Of a DNA stretch of 64,000 nucleotides, positions 39,155-51,820 are shown in pieces. The stretch's first letter is position 1, and each line of letters starts with the position of its first letter. The translations under genes and the position numbers were made by a program. Origin of the DNA: Octopus sinensis (taxonomy: Eukaryota); NCBI RefSeq assembly GCF_006345805.1, contig NC_042997.1, positions 188,108,001 to 188,172,000 of the forward strand, written 5' to 3'. The notes beneath the pieces were generated by a model, which had not been told where the DNA came from, searched no databases, and saw only the letters and a list, made by a program, of their open reading frames with translations.

Positions 39155-41719
39155 GTGAGTTCATATTTCTGCAGCATCTGCAGAGTGACAGACAAAAGAC
39201 ATTGAGGTATTTAGTTGTACCTCCTAACGGTCTCAGTTCAAATCCCACTGAAGTTGATTTTATTTTCTTCTTCCTGGGTCTGAAACGTAAGTACTGAAAC
39301 CAATTTAATCAACTGAAACTCCACCCCTCAAAATATAACAATTATCATTTAACATACTTTTTTTTTTCTTTCTTTCTAACCGACTATTTTCAAGTTGGAA
39401 TGACACAAAGCAACGTTCAATACACATCTATATCATACTTGATTTTTATATGCATAACAAGAACAAAAGTGTATATAAGTGTATTAGTCCAGAAAAAATT
39501 ATTGGCTTTTTCATGTGTTTCTATAAGTATGAAAGAACAAAAAAATATATAAATAAAAATAAAAGAAAAACTTGGCAATTTGACAAAACAAGAAAGAGTT
39601 TGCTGTCTATCATGACAGTGGAACAAAATGGAATAACAATCAACCAGCTTAATAATTTGTTTTGTTTTGGTACAATACATTTTAAAAGGAAAGCATGTAT
39701 AGAATTGCTTTAATCCCAGTAAGATAACAATATGGCTGAAGGAAAATATTTCCTTATTGAAGCGTTCTGCATACAAATACTATAAGATCTTACATATAAA
39801 ATGTAGTGAACTGAGAATGTCCATTTACTGAAATTATCAATACAGTTAGTACAATTAGTAGACAAAAATTCCTCTAAGTGTCTTTAAACCATATGAAAAA
39901 TAATCAAGGGATATTATTCCAATATGATCAGCCAACTGAAATTTTTGAATAAAATATAAATGCAGATTTATATTGAGTAGATCTTGCTTATAAAGCCAGC
40001 TGCTAAAAGTAACAGACAAGTTTCAGTCTTATTAGACCTCAGCAAAGCAATATTCTACTCAGATTTGGAGTGACCAGTATATGTATGCTGAGATCCCCTT
40101 CAGTCACGACTGACCATGGGATTGCACCTAGAAAGTTACTCTCCCAAGTACAAGTCCGGGCAAGGTTGTTTATGGGAGACCAGCAGTCGCCCATGCATAC
40201 TGGCCTCCCCTCTCCATGCCACCAGCGTTATCCAAGAGAAAGGCAACGGCAGATACAGCTTGGCCCCTGTGACGTCGTAACACATTTCTACAGCTGAGTG
40301 AACTGGAGCAACGTGAAATAAAGTGTCTTGCTCAAGAACACAACACACAGCCCGGTCCGGGATTCAAACTCACAACCTCACGATCGTAAGCTCGATGCTC
40401 TAACCACTGAGCGAAGCTCCTTCACAGTATATGTATAGGAATATAGGAAATGTAGTGACACATACTACGAAAGTCAATAATATGGCTAAAGGAAACTACC
40501 TCAGATGAGCATTCTGAATACTAAGTAAGATATAACATTACCCATGCAATTAGGAGACAAAAACTCTCTCCAAGATTTTAAAATCTAAGCACAACAAAGG
40601 AGATAATTGGAATAAGACTATTAATTAAAATATTTAGGTACATTAAACTTGTGGAAGTAAATTATTTAAAGTGAACTGTTTTAACCTGGCATGTTAAAAC
40701 ATTTTGATTTCTTCAATAATCCTGTTAGTGAAGTGTCACATATCATCATCATTATTTAACAACCGTTTTCCATTCTAGCATGGGTTGGACAGCCAGAGAG
40801 CTGCACCAGGCTCCAATTGTCTAATTGGGCTTGGTTTCTATAGCTAGATGTCTTTCCTAATGCCATTCACTTTACAGTAATTGAGCTTTAGGTAAATACT
40901 TGCAGATAAGCTTTCAGTGACATGAAACTGCAGAGAGATTTTCTTGTTCAGGGTCCATCATATGTCATCTAAAGCAAGAGTCCCCAACCACTGAGCTATA
41001 AACCAGTACCAGGCCACACAAAAAGAATAAATTTTAAAATTTTATTTCCATTTTATTGACCATCATTGTCTGCTAGGTGTTTTTGCGTTATGTATGTATT
41101 ATATATTCACGAATTAAATTTTATATTATAGACTTTATTATGTTTTGTTATGCACTTGTTACCCTGATCCATAGAAAAATTACCTTATATGAAATCAGTC
41201 TGTGGTGCAAAAGGTCAGGGATCACTGATCTAAAGATATGTGGCAGGTATGTTCTTACTATCATGTGTCCAATGTAGATATTATTGTCTAGTGTAGATAG
41301 GAATGGATCTGGTCTTTAAAAATTAACTGATGCAAGTAATAGACTTGTTTTAGACTTGTTAAACTTCTTCAGCAAATTGTATTCTGTTGGCAGGACTAAG
41401 ACTGATCAGTATAAATAGAAATAAAGAAAATGTAGCAATGCTGATTATAAATAATGCTTATAAATATTATAAACATTATTTATAGATCATAAAGAAGGAA
41501 GCTGAGAAGAAAATAATTCAAGTGAGTATTCTGAATACTAAATACAAATATAGTAGGGTTTCACATATGTAACACAGTGAGTTGGAAAACTTCAGTTAAC
41601 AATGCAATTTTTGGTGGCAAAAAGGAGAAAGTAAATTGCAAAACAAGACGTGACAAGTGACATCCTAAGAATTCATAAAAAGAATATAGAGAACCTCCCT
41701 CATCATGCCATGTTCACAG

Positions 41720-41779
41720 GTACCTGAAAGTGAAATGCTTTCTAGTAACATGTTAACTATTTCAGAAGTAGCAACTGAG
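41720..41779 (+). CDS. candidate 60-nt exon VPESEMLSSNMLTISEVATE (phase 0 to 0)
   Basis: ccatgttcacag| and GAG|gtacaa; only one open frame. Confidence 0.3.
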
Positions 41780-44062
41780 GTACAATGTCCCAATGAACTA
41801 AACCTAGTAATGAAAACCACTGAGAAGTGTAATTGTTTTTATCTTATAGGCGTAGGAGTGGCACCTTGGGCAAGTGTCTTCTACTATAGCCTTGGGCCAA
41901 CCAAAGCTTTGTGAGTGGATTTGGTAGACAGAAACTGAAAGAAGCCCATCTTATATATGTGTGTGTGTCTGTGTTTGTACCCCCAACATCACTTGACAAC
42001 CAATGCTTGTGTGTTTACGTCCCCTTAACTTAGTGGTTCAGCAAAAGAGACCAATAGAATAAGTACTAGACTTACAAAGAATAAGTCCTGGGGTCGATTT
42101 GCTCGACTAAAGGTGGTGCTCCAGCATGGCCACAGTCAAACGACTGAAACAAGTAAAAGAGTTATATAAAATATATGTACACTTTTCATGTTACAATATA
42201 TATGTGTTCATTCTATACTTTGGTTATATTTATATGGAATTAGGGATGTCACTATCATCACTTCTGGTTTCTATTGCAATTGACTGGCGAACTAGCTGAA
42301 CTATTAGTATGCTGGGCAAAATATTTAGCGATACTTTATCCATTTTTACAACCTGAGTTTAAATTCCTCTGAAGTTCACTTTGTCTTTCATCCAATTGGA
42401 GTCAATAAAATAAGTACCAGTTGAACACTGGGGTTGATGTAATCAACAAGCCCCTTCCCCACAAATTTCAGGCCTTGTGCCTATAGCAGAAAGGATTATT
42501 TTAAGGATAATTTATTTCACCTTTTTATGCCTGTACACTACATATTAATTGATTATCCATGCAATTAGTAGACAAAACTCCATGTAGGGATGTTTAAAAT
42601 AAAAAAAAAAAAGAAAAGCCATCAAGCAAGCAAGATCAATTCAATAAAATCAGTTAGTTAAGATAACTGCTACTTATTTATTATAAAAATTAAAGGTAAA
42701 ATCTGAATTCAGAGCAATAAGGAGTTGAAATCAATACAATATTAATTAACTGTAGCAGTTTGTGCCAAATTAATGATAATAATTTTTAACACTGGCGTAA
42801 GGTCAGATATTTTGGGATAAGGGTCTGTAGCAGTGATTTGAAACCAGACTGCTAGGTAGCCTGTCAGACATCACGATTAAACTACAGTAGTTTCACATGG
42901 TCAGTTTATTAAGCCAGCACCGCGTAATTCAATCTTCTCCTTGTGTCCTATAAAAAAGTAATTTTTGGCAGTAATTGTAGAAGGTTGAGGCAGTTGTGCA
43001 TTGTGTCTCCATTCTTGCTGCATCTAACCACTTAAGACACGGTTGATATTAGACCGGAGTTTTCATTGCTACCAATATAGTGCAATTATTTTCCAGTTGT
43101 GATGGGCCAAACTCAGATTATTGTATCAGTAAGCTTGTAAACTCCAAGCAGTATATCTCTCTCTCGATAAGTAATTATTGCTGTTATTATAAGTAAAAGA
43201 CCAACACAATTAAAGCTCTATGTGCAATAATAAAATCCGTTAATTGTTCACACAGCTTGAGAAATATATTTTCATTCAGCAACTCAACCAGTCATCACCT
43301 CAGACCAGCCAACAAATTAAAACCCATGACAGGTATAAGTGATTTAATCGACTTAGTCTAGCACTAGACCGGTATTTATTTTATCGCCATTGGAATGATG
43401 AAAGGCATAGTAGATCTTTGCGGGAATTGAACTTGGAATGGGGCTAATAATACAGGGCATTTTGTCATGTGTTCTACCAATCCTCTGGCATGGAACCTGA
43501 TATTTATATTTATTTATTCATTAATAAAGGGAGGTCTGTATAGTAATTTGTGACGGTCAATCTTTCCAAATAGCAAAAAGTAAAATACATTTGCTCGAAT
43601 TACCCTTATGCTGATTAGAAACAGGATATAGGCGTAGGAGTGGCTGTGTGGTAAGTAGCTTGCTTACCAACCACATAGTTCCGGGTTCAGTCCCACTGCG
43701 TGGCACCTTGGGCAAGTGTCTTCTACTATAGCCTCGGGCCGACCAAAGGCTTGTGAGTGGATTTGGTAGACGGAAACTGAAAGAAGCCCGTCGTAAATAT
43801 GTATATATATATATATGTATGTATGTGTGTGTGTATATGTTTGTGTGTCTGTGTTTGTCCCCCCTACATCGCTTGGCAACCGATGCTGGTGTGTTTACGT
43901 CCCCGTAACTTAACGGTTCGGCAAAAGTGACCGACAGAATAAGCACTAGGCTTACAAAGAATAAGTCCTGGGGTCGATTTGCTCAACTAAAAGCGATGCT
44001 CCAACATGGCCACAGTCAAATGACTGAAACAAGTAAAAGAGGTCGTTCATGGTTCTTATTAG

Positions 44063-44130
44063 CCCATGGTCAACCTGTGGCAGATCTACGTCCAGTCCTC
44101 CTAAGAGTATTTACTAAGAATCTAAAGCAG
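44063..44130 (+). CDS. candidate exon HGQPVADLRPVLLRVFTKNLKQ (phase 1 to 0)
   Basis: ggttcttattag| and CAG|gttatg. Confidence 0.3.
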
Positions 44131-44399
44131 GTTATGACCTCGGCTGCTTGAGAGATCTTTTTAACATCTTGTTCGCATCAAAATGATCGCTTTAAAATAT
44201 TCCTACAGATTTGACTCAGGGTCAACTCGTTAACTCAGTATATTACAAGTACATAGTTCGTCAACACCGTAGAGACATATCAGTGGAGTGAGTGGACATA
44301 CGCATGAACGTTCGACCTGTAAGAAATAACAGCCAAATCTCATTGAAATTATACATTGCCATCTTAAAAGAATACACTGGGCAGTGTAGCCTACGATAA

Positions 44400-47392
44400 A
44401 CAACAACAACAACAACAACAGAAAGGATGGTCACGGCTGGAATGCTTTTGATAAGAGATTTGCTCGATTAAAGTTGACCTGGGGCTAAACAATAACAACT
44501 CGGAAGGGCTGAAAGCTATTGAAAAGCCAAGGTATCGATGACAACAACAACGATGATGATGATGGTGGTGGTGGTGGTGGTGGTGGTGGTGGTGAGGAAG
44601 ATATTCTGTGTACTAGGAAATAGCATAAACCTATGGAGAAATAAATAATAATGAGGAGTTCCCAGTTGGAATGAAATATTGCTCGGGTAGTGGTGGTCGG
44701 GGAAAATGATGTAGTCATCATCAGATATCGGCTGTCATTAGATGTGCTCACATAGTTTGTAACAAGATAGACGAATCCATGGCATCCAACAAGCCGCTTG
44801 TATCATCACAACCGCTGTCGACAGCAGCAACAATAACAATAACAACAGCAGCAGCAGCGAACAACAACAACAATAACAACAAACAGTAACAGTAGTACAA
44901 CAACACTCCTCCACTCCACTATTTTCAACCCGCATTTCACCTCCCACTGCATGGCTAGCTACCTACTTTCTTTTTGGCTCCTCCCACTCACTTACATAAC
45001 TAAAATCAGTTAGCGCCAATTATTATTATTATTATTACCATCATTATCATCATCATCATCATCAATATTATTATTGTTATTTCACTTTTCTTCCTGTTGT
45101 GTTTCTGTTACACTCCGTGTTTTCTCCTTCCCCTTTTCACTACTGTCAAATACTTCCCCCCCGAACCCACTTCCTCCTACCTGCCCTCCCAGTATCTAGC
45201 TCTATTACTCCTCCCATCCCACTCTCTATCTCCCCTTCAAACCCCTTCTCTATCAATCACATAACACGGATACTAAAATGTACATTACATATACACGCGC
45301 ACCGGTTATCACAACCGGTATCCAACTTCGCCTCTATAGCAATATTGATTAAGTTCGCCTTTTTATTTATTTATTAATATTAGTTGTATTAGTAGCAGCA
45401 GCAGCAACAATAATAATAACGACAACAACAGTAGTAGCAGCAGCAGCAGCAGTATGTTTTCTTCTTTTTCTGTCAATCTGTCTGTTTAAATCTTTTACTT
45501 CGAAGGATTCCAGCCATTAAATACTGGGAAGAGAAAGATCAGTAGGAGAGGAGAAAGGGCGGAGGGAAGAGAAGAGTTGCAGGAATAAGAGAGAACTAGA
45601 GAGGAGTAGGAAGGGGAGAAGACTAGTTGGTGTGTGTGTGTGTGGTTGAGATGGTGGTGGTGGCGGCGGTGGTGATGTTGTTTTTGCTGGTGGTGATGGT
45701 GGCAAGAGGTAAGAAGACGGGAGAGGGGGTTGAAATATGCGAAAAATATAGAGTAAATGGGAGGAAAGAAAGGAAGAAAGAAAACATGTATGATGAAAGG
45801 GAAGTTGGTGGAGGGAGAGTAAGAAAGGTAGTGGTAGAGAACAAGACAAAGAGAAGGGAGAAGAAAGATGATGTTGGTGAGAAAAGAAGAGAGTGTGTTC
45901 TGTCAAAACAGTGCTTTTGTGGTCTAAAACTGAGACACTTAAGACACTCTACTACTGCGTAGGATGCTTTGCCATGACGTCAAATAAATATCGCTCCCTC
46001 ATCATTTTGACTCTCTCTCTCTTTTCTCCCCCTCCCCCTCTCATTTAGTTTATCTCTCTCTCTTTTATTCCGTGGTCCTTCCTACACTTTTCCCATATCT
46101 CCGTTTTACCTCTCAGTTCACTTTGTTTTTCTACCTCTTTTCACTTCACTTTACCTCCCCTATCATTCTTCTGCTATCATTATGTTTTGTTTTCGCGGTG
46201 GTCGTGATGGTGACGGGGGAAATGTTATATCTTTCCAATGCTCTCATTCACAATCTCCATCTCTTAATTTGTCTTTTCTCTTGTTTTTCTCCCTCCTCTG
46301 TCTATCACTTTTAAACGCTCATTCAATGATCTCTTCCTGTTATCTTTTACCTTATCCTTCCTCTTTCTCTATTTCTTTCTCTCATCTTTTCTCTCAATAT
46401 TTCTCTTTAAATTTTCCTTTTAACTTTTCTTTCACTCTCCATTTTTCCCACTCACTTAATCTCTTTTCTCTCTCTCTCTCTCTCTTTTGTTTGCTTCCTT
46501 CTTCCTCCTCTCTTGGCTTCTGTTACTACCACTGTATCTCTTTCTCTTTTTCGCATATTGCTTCCTCTTCAACACAGAATGTCCTGAAGACAGCTATGAA
46601 AAGGAAAAACAGAACTCTAGTTCGTTTCAGAGAAATGAACGCGGTAGAGGGAACGATAAGAGACAATAGAGGTGGAAGTGGAATTTTTTTTATTTCCAAT
46701 ATCTCTAAAAGATGATTATTGGAAAAATATAAATTTGTCCGTTGTTTAAGTTTGAATAATTATATTTAACTAACAGTAACAGCAATGTGAGCGCCTCGAC
46801 TCAATACAAACGGTGGGGGGGGGGGACGGAGGTTTCAATGATTGTTGATTTTGTTATTTTCGTTGTTGTTGTTCTTCTTCTTGATGATGATGATGATGAT
46901 GATTCTCTCCATCTTTTGGCGACTGCTTTGTAACCTATTTGTTGTTGGGCGAAATAGCTAATTTTCTCCATCATTGCCTATATTTCAACATAAACACACT
47001 ACCTCCTCATCCTACTCCTTTACCGGTTATAAACATACGCACAGATACAGATGATACACACATACACATTCACACACACACACACACATATAGATATACA
47101 CACGAGAAAAATGATATCTGTGTGTGTGTGAACAAACATGTATTCACACAAACAGATACATTGATGCATATGTGTAGTAGGTGTAGCAGTAGTAAGCACA
47201 CCGTATTATTCCTACCTTGATTACGGCTGTCGGCTTATACGTTATAGTCTGAAAGTCGATTGCTAATTGTTCTTCTGCCGTATATCATGTGTTCATCTAC
47301 TTTAAAGATTACATATTGTTCAATTATTTATCTCCATATATCTATTCATCTATCATTCCACCTATTTTCTTAACATACCTATTTATCAGTCA

Positions 47393-47430
<38 letters not shown>

Positions 47431-47500
47431 CTTATACATGGGCTTTGGGCCTACTGTCGTAGGTGCTCCGTCGTAGTATAACGGGGTGTCTTATGCGTTC
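44400..47500. promoter_or_regulatory. SINE-free, CpG-richer low-complexity region, possibly promoter or 5' region; CRE palindrome TGACGTCA at 45975-45982
   Basis: Trinucleotide runs, long GA/CT tracts, visibly more CG dinucleotides than 3-8 kb. Not quantified, and one 8-mer can occur by chance. Confidence 0.3.
46578..46643 (+). CDS. candidate 66-nt exon NVLKTAMKRKNRTLVRFREMNA
   Basis: Follows a pyrimidine tract of about 550 nt ending cttcctcttcaacacag|; donor GCG|gtagag. Confidence 0.35.
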
Positions 47501-48038
47501 TGAAACGTGGCCTGGTTGAAGGCATTCCACTCCTTAGCTGATATCAGCTGATTTCTTCGAGAAAGAAATGGAGAAGGACAGATAGACAGAAAGAGAAAAA
47601 ATCTATCTCAGCACAGGCATTTCATTTGTCGACCTTAAAAAGTCGCCTTCAATGGGATTTGAACTCGGCTCAGAGCGCCAGAACGATTACTGCAAAGCAA
47701 CCTGTCGAACGCTAACGACTCTGCCAATTTGACGCTTTCTCTGTCTGTCTGTGTTACTCAGGTTCTCCTTTATGTAGGTAGTGTCTTGACAGGTTTTCTA
47801 ATCCGTTATATTCCTGATTTATATCCGAATATAGTTTTTAATCTCACCAACCCAACACACACGTTTTGTCTTTCTTCATGCCGCTGACCACCCTGAGTTA
47901 CTTTTTTAGCTCATGTTCGTTTAAACGATGTAAATTACTCTAGACCCATAAATATTTTCTACTGTTTGTAGACACTAGAGTTAAAGGTAAAATAATTGCT
48001 GTGTTGATGATGTTTATTAAAGCAGATACACCTGTCCA

Positions 48039-49530
48039 GGTTAATATAGGGCGTAACAAATATCAGAAAATCAAAAAAAAAATGTGTGTAATAGGTGTAA
48101 AACAACTTCCTATGAACGAATATGAAAAAAAAAATTCGCGCACGCGAAAGGGGGGTGGGGGAGAGGCCTCGGAAAATTCACATCGGGAAGTTCCGAAAGC
48201 GTCTGAGGAGCTGACCCGGGCACCAAAACAAAAAAAAAATAGTGTAATATGTGTAAAACAACTTGCTCTAAACGAATATGACAAAAAAAAATGCGCTCTC
48301 GCGAAGAGGGGGGGGGGGAGAGGCCTCGGAATATTTATATCGGGAATTTCCGAAAGCGTCTGAACCGGGCACAAAAAAACAAAAACAAAAACAGCGTAAT
48401 AGGTGTTAAACAAACTTGCTCTAAACGACTATCATGAAAAAATGCGCGCTCGCGAAAGGGGGGTGGGGGAGAGGCTTCGGAAATTTCACATCTTCAGTCC
48501 ACGGCCTTTAAACTAAGAAAAATAGTGTAATTGGTGTAAAACTACTTGTTCTAAACGAGTATCAAGAACACACACTCACACATGAATCATAAACAACGTA
48601 TTTGCAAAAAAAAAAAAATAAAGAGAAGAAATTCTGGAAAAAGTGAAGAAATGTTGGATCTCCGCCATGTGAATCAAAATACGTGTCAGAAACATCTTGA
48701 AATACTACAGAAATTATGTTACGAAAATGATAATGTATACATACCTCTTTGAGTGGTCCATCGATAATGATGATAAAGAAATGAGTTGGATTTGAACTCA
48801 GAATATTGACTAACACAACTACATACTACAAGACTCAAAATATTCAGCCAAGTCACCACCCTTTAACTAGCAATAATAATAACATCAATAACATAACAGC
48901 CAAAAGATTTATTGTTCTGAAAATAACAATCATAGTAATAAAATGTCTTTAATATTCACATTCATGTGCACAGTTAAACACACTTACATACAAAACAGTC
49001 ACGCATGCATAATACAGAACGGAACACATAAAGAAGGATGCATTACTTAGTAATATTACATCTAGAGAATTTTGATTAATAAGTCAAATATGCAAATTAT
49101 AAAGATAATTAATTGCTTTACTAACAGTGTTTGTAAAGGTGAAATGAAAATAAATTTGGGAAAAAAATACACGCCAAAACTAATTAATAAAGGATAATTA
49201 GGGAAGGATTGACACAAAATAAATTTTTCTGATAAATGCATCTTAATAAGTGAGAAGAATTGCATATATCTGAACTATTTCAAAGAAAAAGCATAAATTT
49301 AATGTTTAAAATAGCTTTAACCAAGGAATGAGATCCAACATTTCTTCATTTTTCCAGAATTTCTTCTCTTATTTTTTTTTTTGCGATGTGAATTTTCCGA
49401 GGCCTCTCCCCCACCCCCCTTTCGCGTGCGCGAATTTTTTTTTCATATTCGTTCATAGGAAGTTGTTTTACACCTATTACACACATTTTTTTTTTTGATT
49501 TTCTGATATTTGTTACGCCCTATATTAACC
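48039..49530. mobile_element. non-autonomous foldback/MITE-like element with 147-bp near-perfect terminal inverted repeats and TTAA at both ends
   Basis: 48039-48185 is the reverse complement of 49384-49530. TTAA lies at 48041-44 and 49525-28. About three tandem 150-170-bp modules plus a partial one lie at 48065-48560. Confidence 0.85.
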
Positions 49531-50299
49531 CATAGTTGTCTCCTTGTCGGTAGACAACCAGATTAGCATTTCCTTTATAACATATCAATTTCCGAGAATT
49601 CTTGATTCTTGAGATGATCCTTGCTTCTCGTTTTGCAACCAATTGTTTATTCTTCTCTTGAAGGGAAGGTAATTTCAATGAATCAAGAATTTATCTCCAT
49701 ATGGCATTTGATGTGCATTTATTCATCTTTATTGTCCATATTCAGGCTAATGTCCGCTTTAAATTATTACTCTAAGTTCGTGTTCTCTTAAATCATTCAT
49801 ACGCACGCAGACTCACACACGATGGCTTCGTGCAGTTTCTGTTTATCAAATTTCTCTCAGAGGGCATTGTTCAGTGTCAAGTCATAATACAAGGCACTTA
49901 CCCAAGGTGCCACACTGTTGGAACGAACCCGAAATCACGTAATTGCAAAGCGGCGTATGTGTGTAACAAACTCAATAAACTATACTGACAGGGTGCCCAT
50001 ATTAAAGGACTGTCCGAGTTAACAGACGGACGTTACTTATATTGAATTATGTACATGAAACAGGATATATATACACACTGCACATTGAACCTCATAAACC
50101 AAACAAAAAAATTACAGAAAATGCTGGGAACATCAAAATGGCTCATCTCTTTCACTTGTTTCAATCATTAGACTGCGGCCATGCTGGGGCACCTGAAAAG
50201 TTGACAAATGAGTAGTAAGCTCCATATGGTATTAAATGAAGAGGAGAAAAAAACTAGTCATTATGAGTTAAGAAAACTATGATAATCCCTCAATCTTGT

Positions 50300-51820
50300 T
50301 TCCAGTTCGTAGACTTTTGAAGTGACTGAAGAAGGGCTGAGTCTATTAGCCGGTGGGTAACTAATATCAGCCAGTTTGGGGTAAATTGTTTTGAAGAATA
50401 AGGTAAGTTTGCTGATGCTGTTTGTAGATAGTGAGTCCCTTTAAGCCTCTAAGATGTAGATAATATTGTTGAATATCAGTTTCTCTTGATAAGTTAATCT
50501 ATGAAATGACATAACATTACCAAAATATTTTCGTATAACAGATATTTGAGAGCTTCTTCATCATCATCTTCACTATCTCTGATGTCATGTATGCGAGAAC
50601 TTCATCAGCTATTTCGTCTTCTGTTAATACACTTGTAAGCACAGTCGTCCTTTGAGTCTTCTAGTCAGGTTCTGACGTCTTCTGTAACATTTGTCTGCTG
50701 AATGAAATATTGCAAACTTGATGTTATTGTTGTAAATGCTACTGAGAGTTCTTTGTCCTTGTCCGTATTTCCTAAGAACATCCTCATCAATCATCATGAG
50801 AACAACATCCAAAATCATCGATGGTATAATCTCTTGCACGCAACAACTATATTCATTGATTGGATCGCGGGAAAAAAAAAACATTTGAGTGACAAGATCA
50901 TGCACCGTGCTTTACCATCATCATTGTCAAGCAGGTAACCACCTGCGTGAGTAAGTGCATGTTCCAAAATTAGTAGTGCCTTCACCTAATCAGCAGTATT
51001 TCAGAAATGAAATTGGAGGGGGAAAAAAAACCGAAAAAAAATCATTAAAAATATGTTTGCTCATCCTCGATTTCTAAGAATGATGATAATGCATAACTGG
51101 TTCATTATTTGTTTCAAAATTCATGGTCACACTGACCTCACTACACCACCATCACGACCACCACCATGAACTTCAAGTGATGCATACCGTCTGTCTGCGT
51201 TTGTGCAACACAATGCCAAAGAAACGTTTCTTACTTAATGTACAACAAAGAGGATCCATTCTGAAAATCCTTTGGTATTCCAGGATACAGGCCACCGATA
51301 CAGTCACATCCTCAAAAACACTCTTGGGAAATTAGGAGCCTTTCACATTTAGATTATATAATCTCAAGTGGTTTGCTTTTTTTCGGTTGATACACTGTCT
51401 GCTTCACATGGGTAATTTTTTACTTTATTCTATGACAATTTCAAAGTAGCTATAACTACCCAACACTAGCTTCAAAATTTTTGATGCTCATAATGCCCAG
51501 TTAGCTTGACCGTATGTACAAAGGAAGTTATTACTACAAGATCATTGATGACTAAACCATTTTATTATCCCCAAGATTTTTGCATTTTGCGGTTCTCATA
51601 TGCTTCTTTGCACCAACAGATTATGATTTAGAATTTGCATGAACAGTGTATTAAAATAACAAAAAAAAAAAAACAGAGCAAGCTACTTTTCCTTCTATTT
51701 AAAACTGTTTGCTTTTTAGCATCATATTCTATGCCATCTTGAAGCACCTACCTCTAACTTCCTTAGAAGTTCCAGCTTCTGATTTACAGTCAGAGACTTG
51801 CTTATCTTTAGACCAGTCAT
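50300..51820 (-). mobile_element. decayed Tigger/pogo (CENP-B-like, DDE_1) transposase
   Basis: KSLTVNQKLELLRKLEVGAS (psq-type HTH), VKALLILEHALTHA...DGKARCM, ACKRLYHR, GQRTLSSIYNNNIKFAIF and the acidic tail LTEDEIADEVL. Many stops and frameshifts. Confidence 0.7.

Noticed and set aside
43097-43128. 32-nt segment with good acceptor and gtaagc donor
   Set aside because: Too short to evaluate; such signals occur by chance, so it was not added to the exon chain
44485-44947. Minus-strand ORFs with poly-Pro, poly-Leu and hydrophobic stretches
   Set aside because: Explained by trinucleotide runs; no recognisable domain
45517-46715. Long F/S/L-rich ORFs
   Set aside because: Products of CT/GA low-complexity tracts
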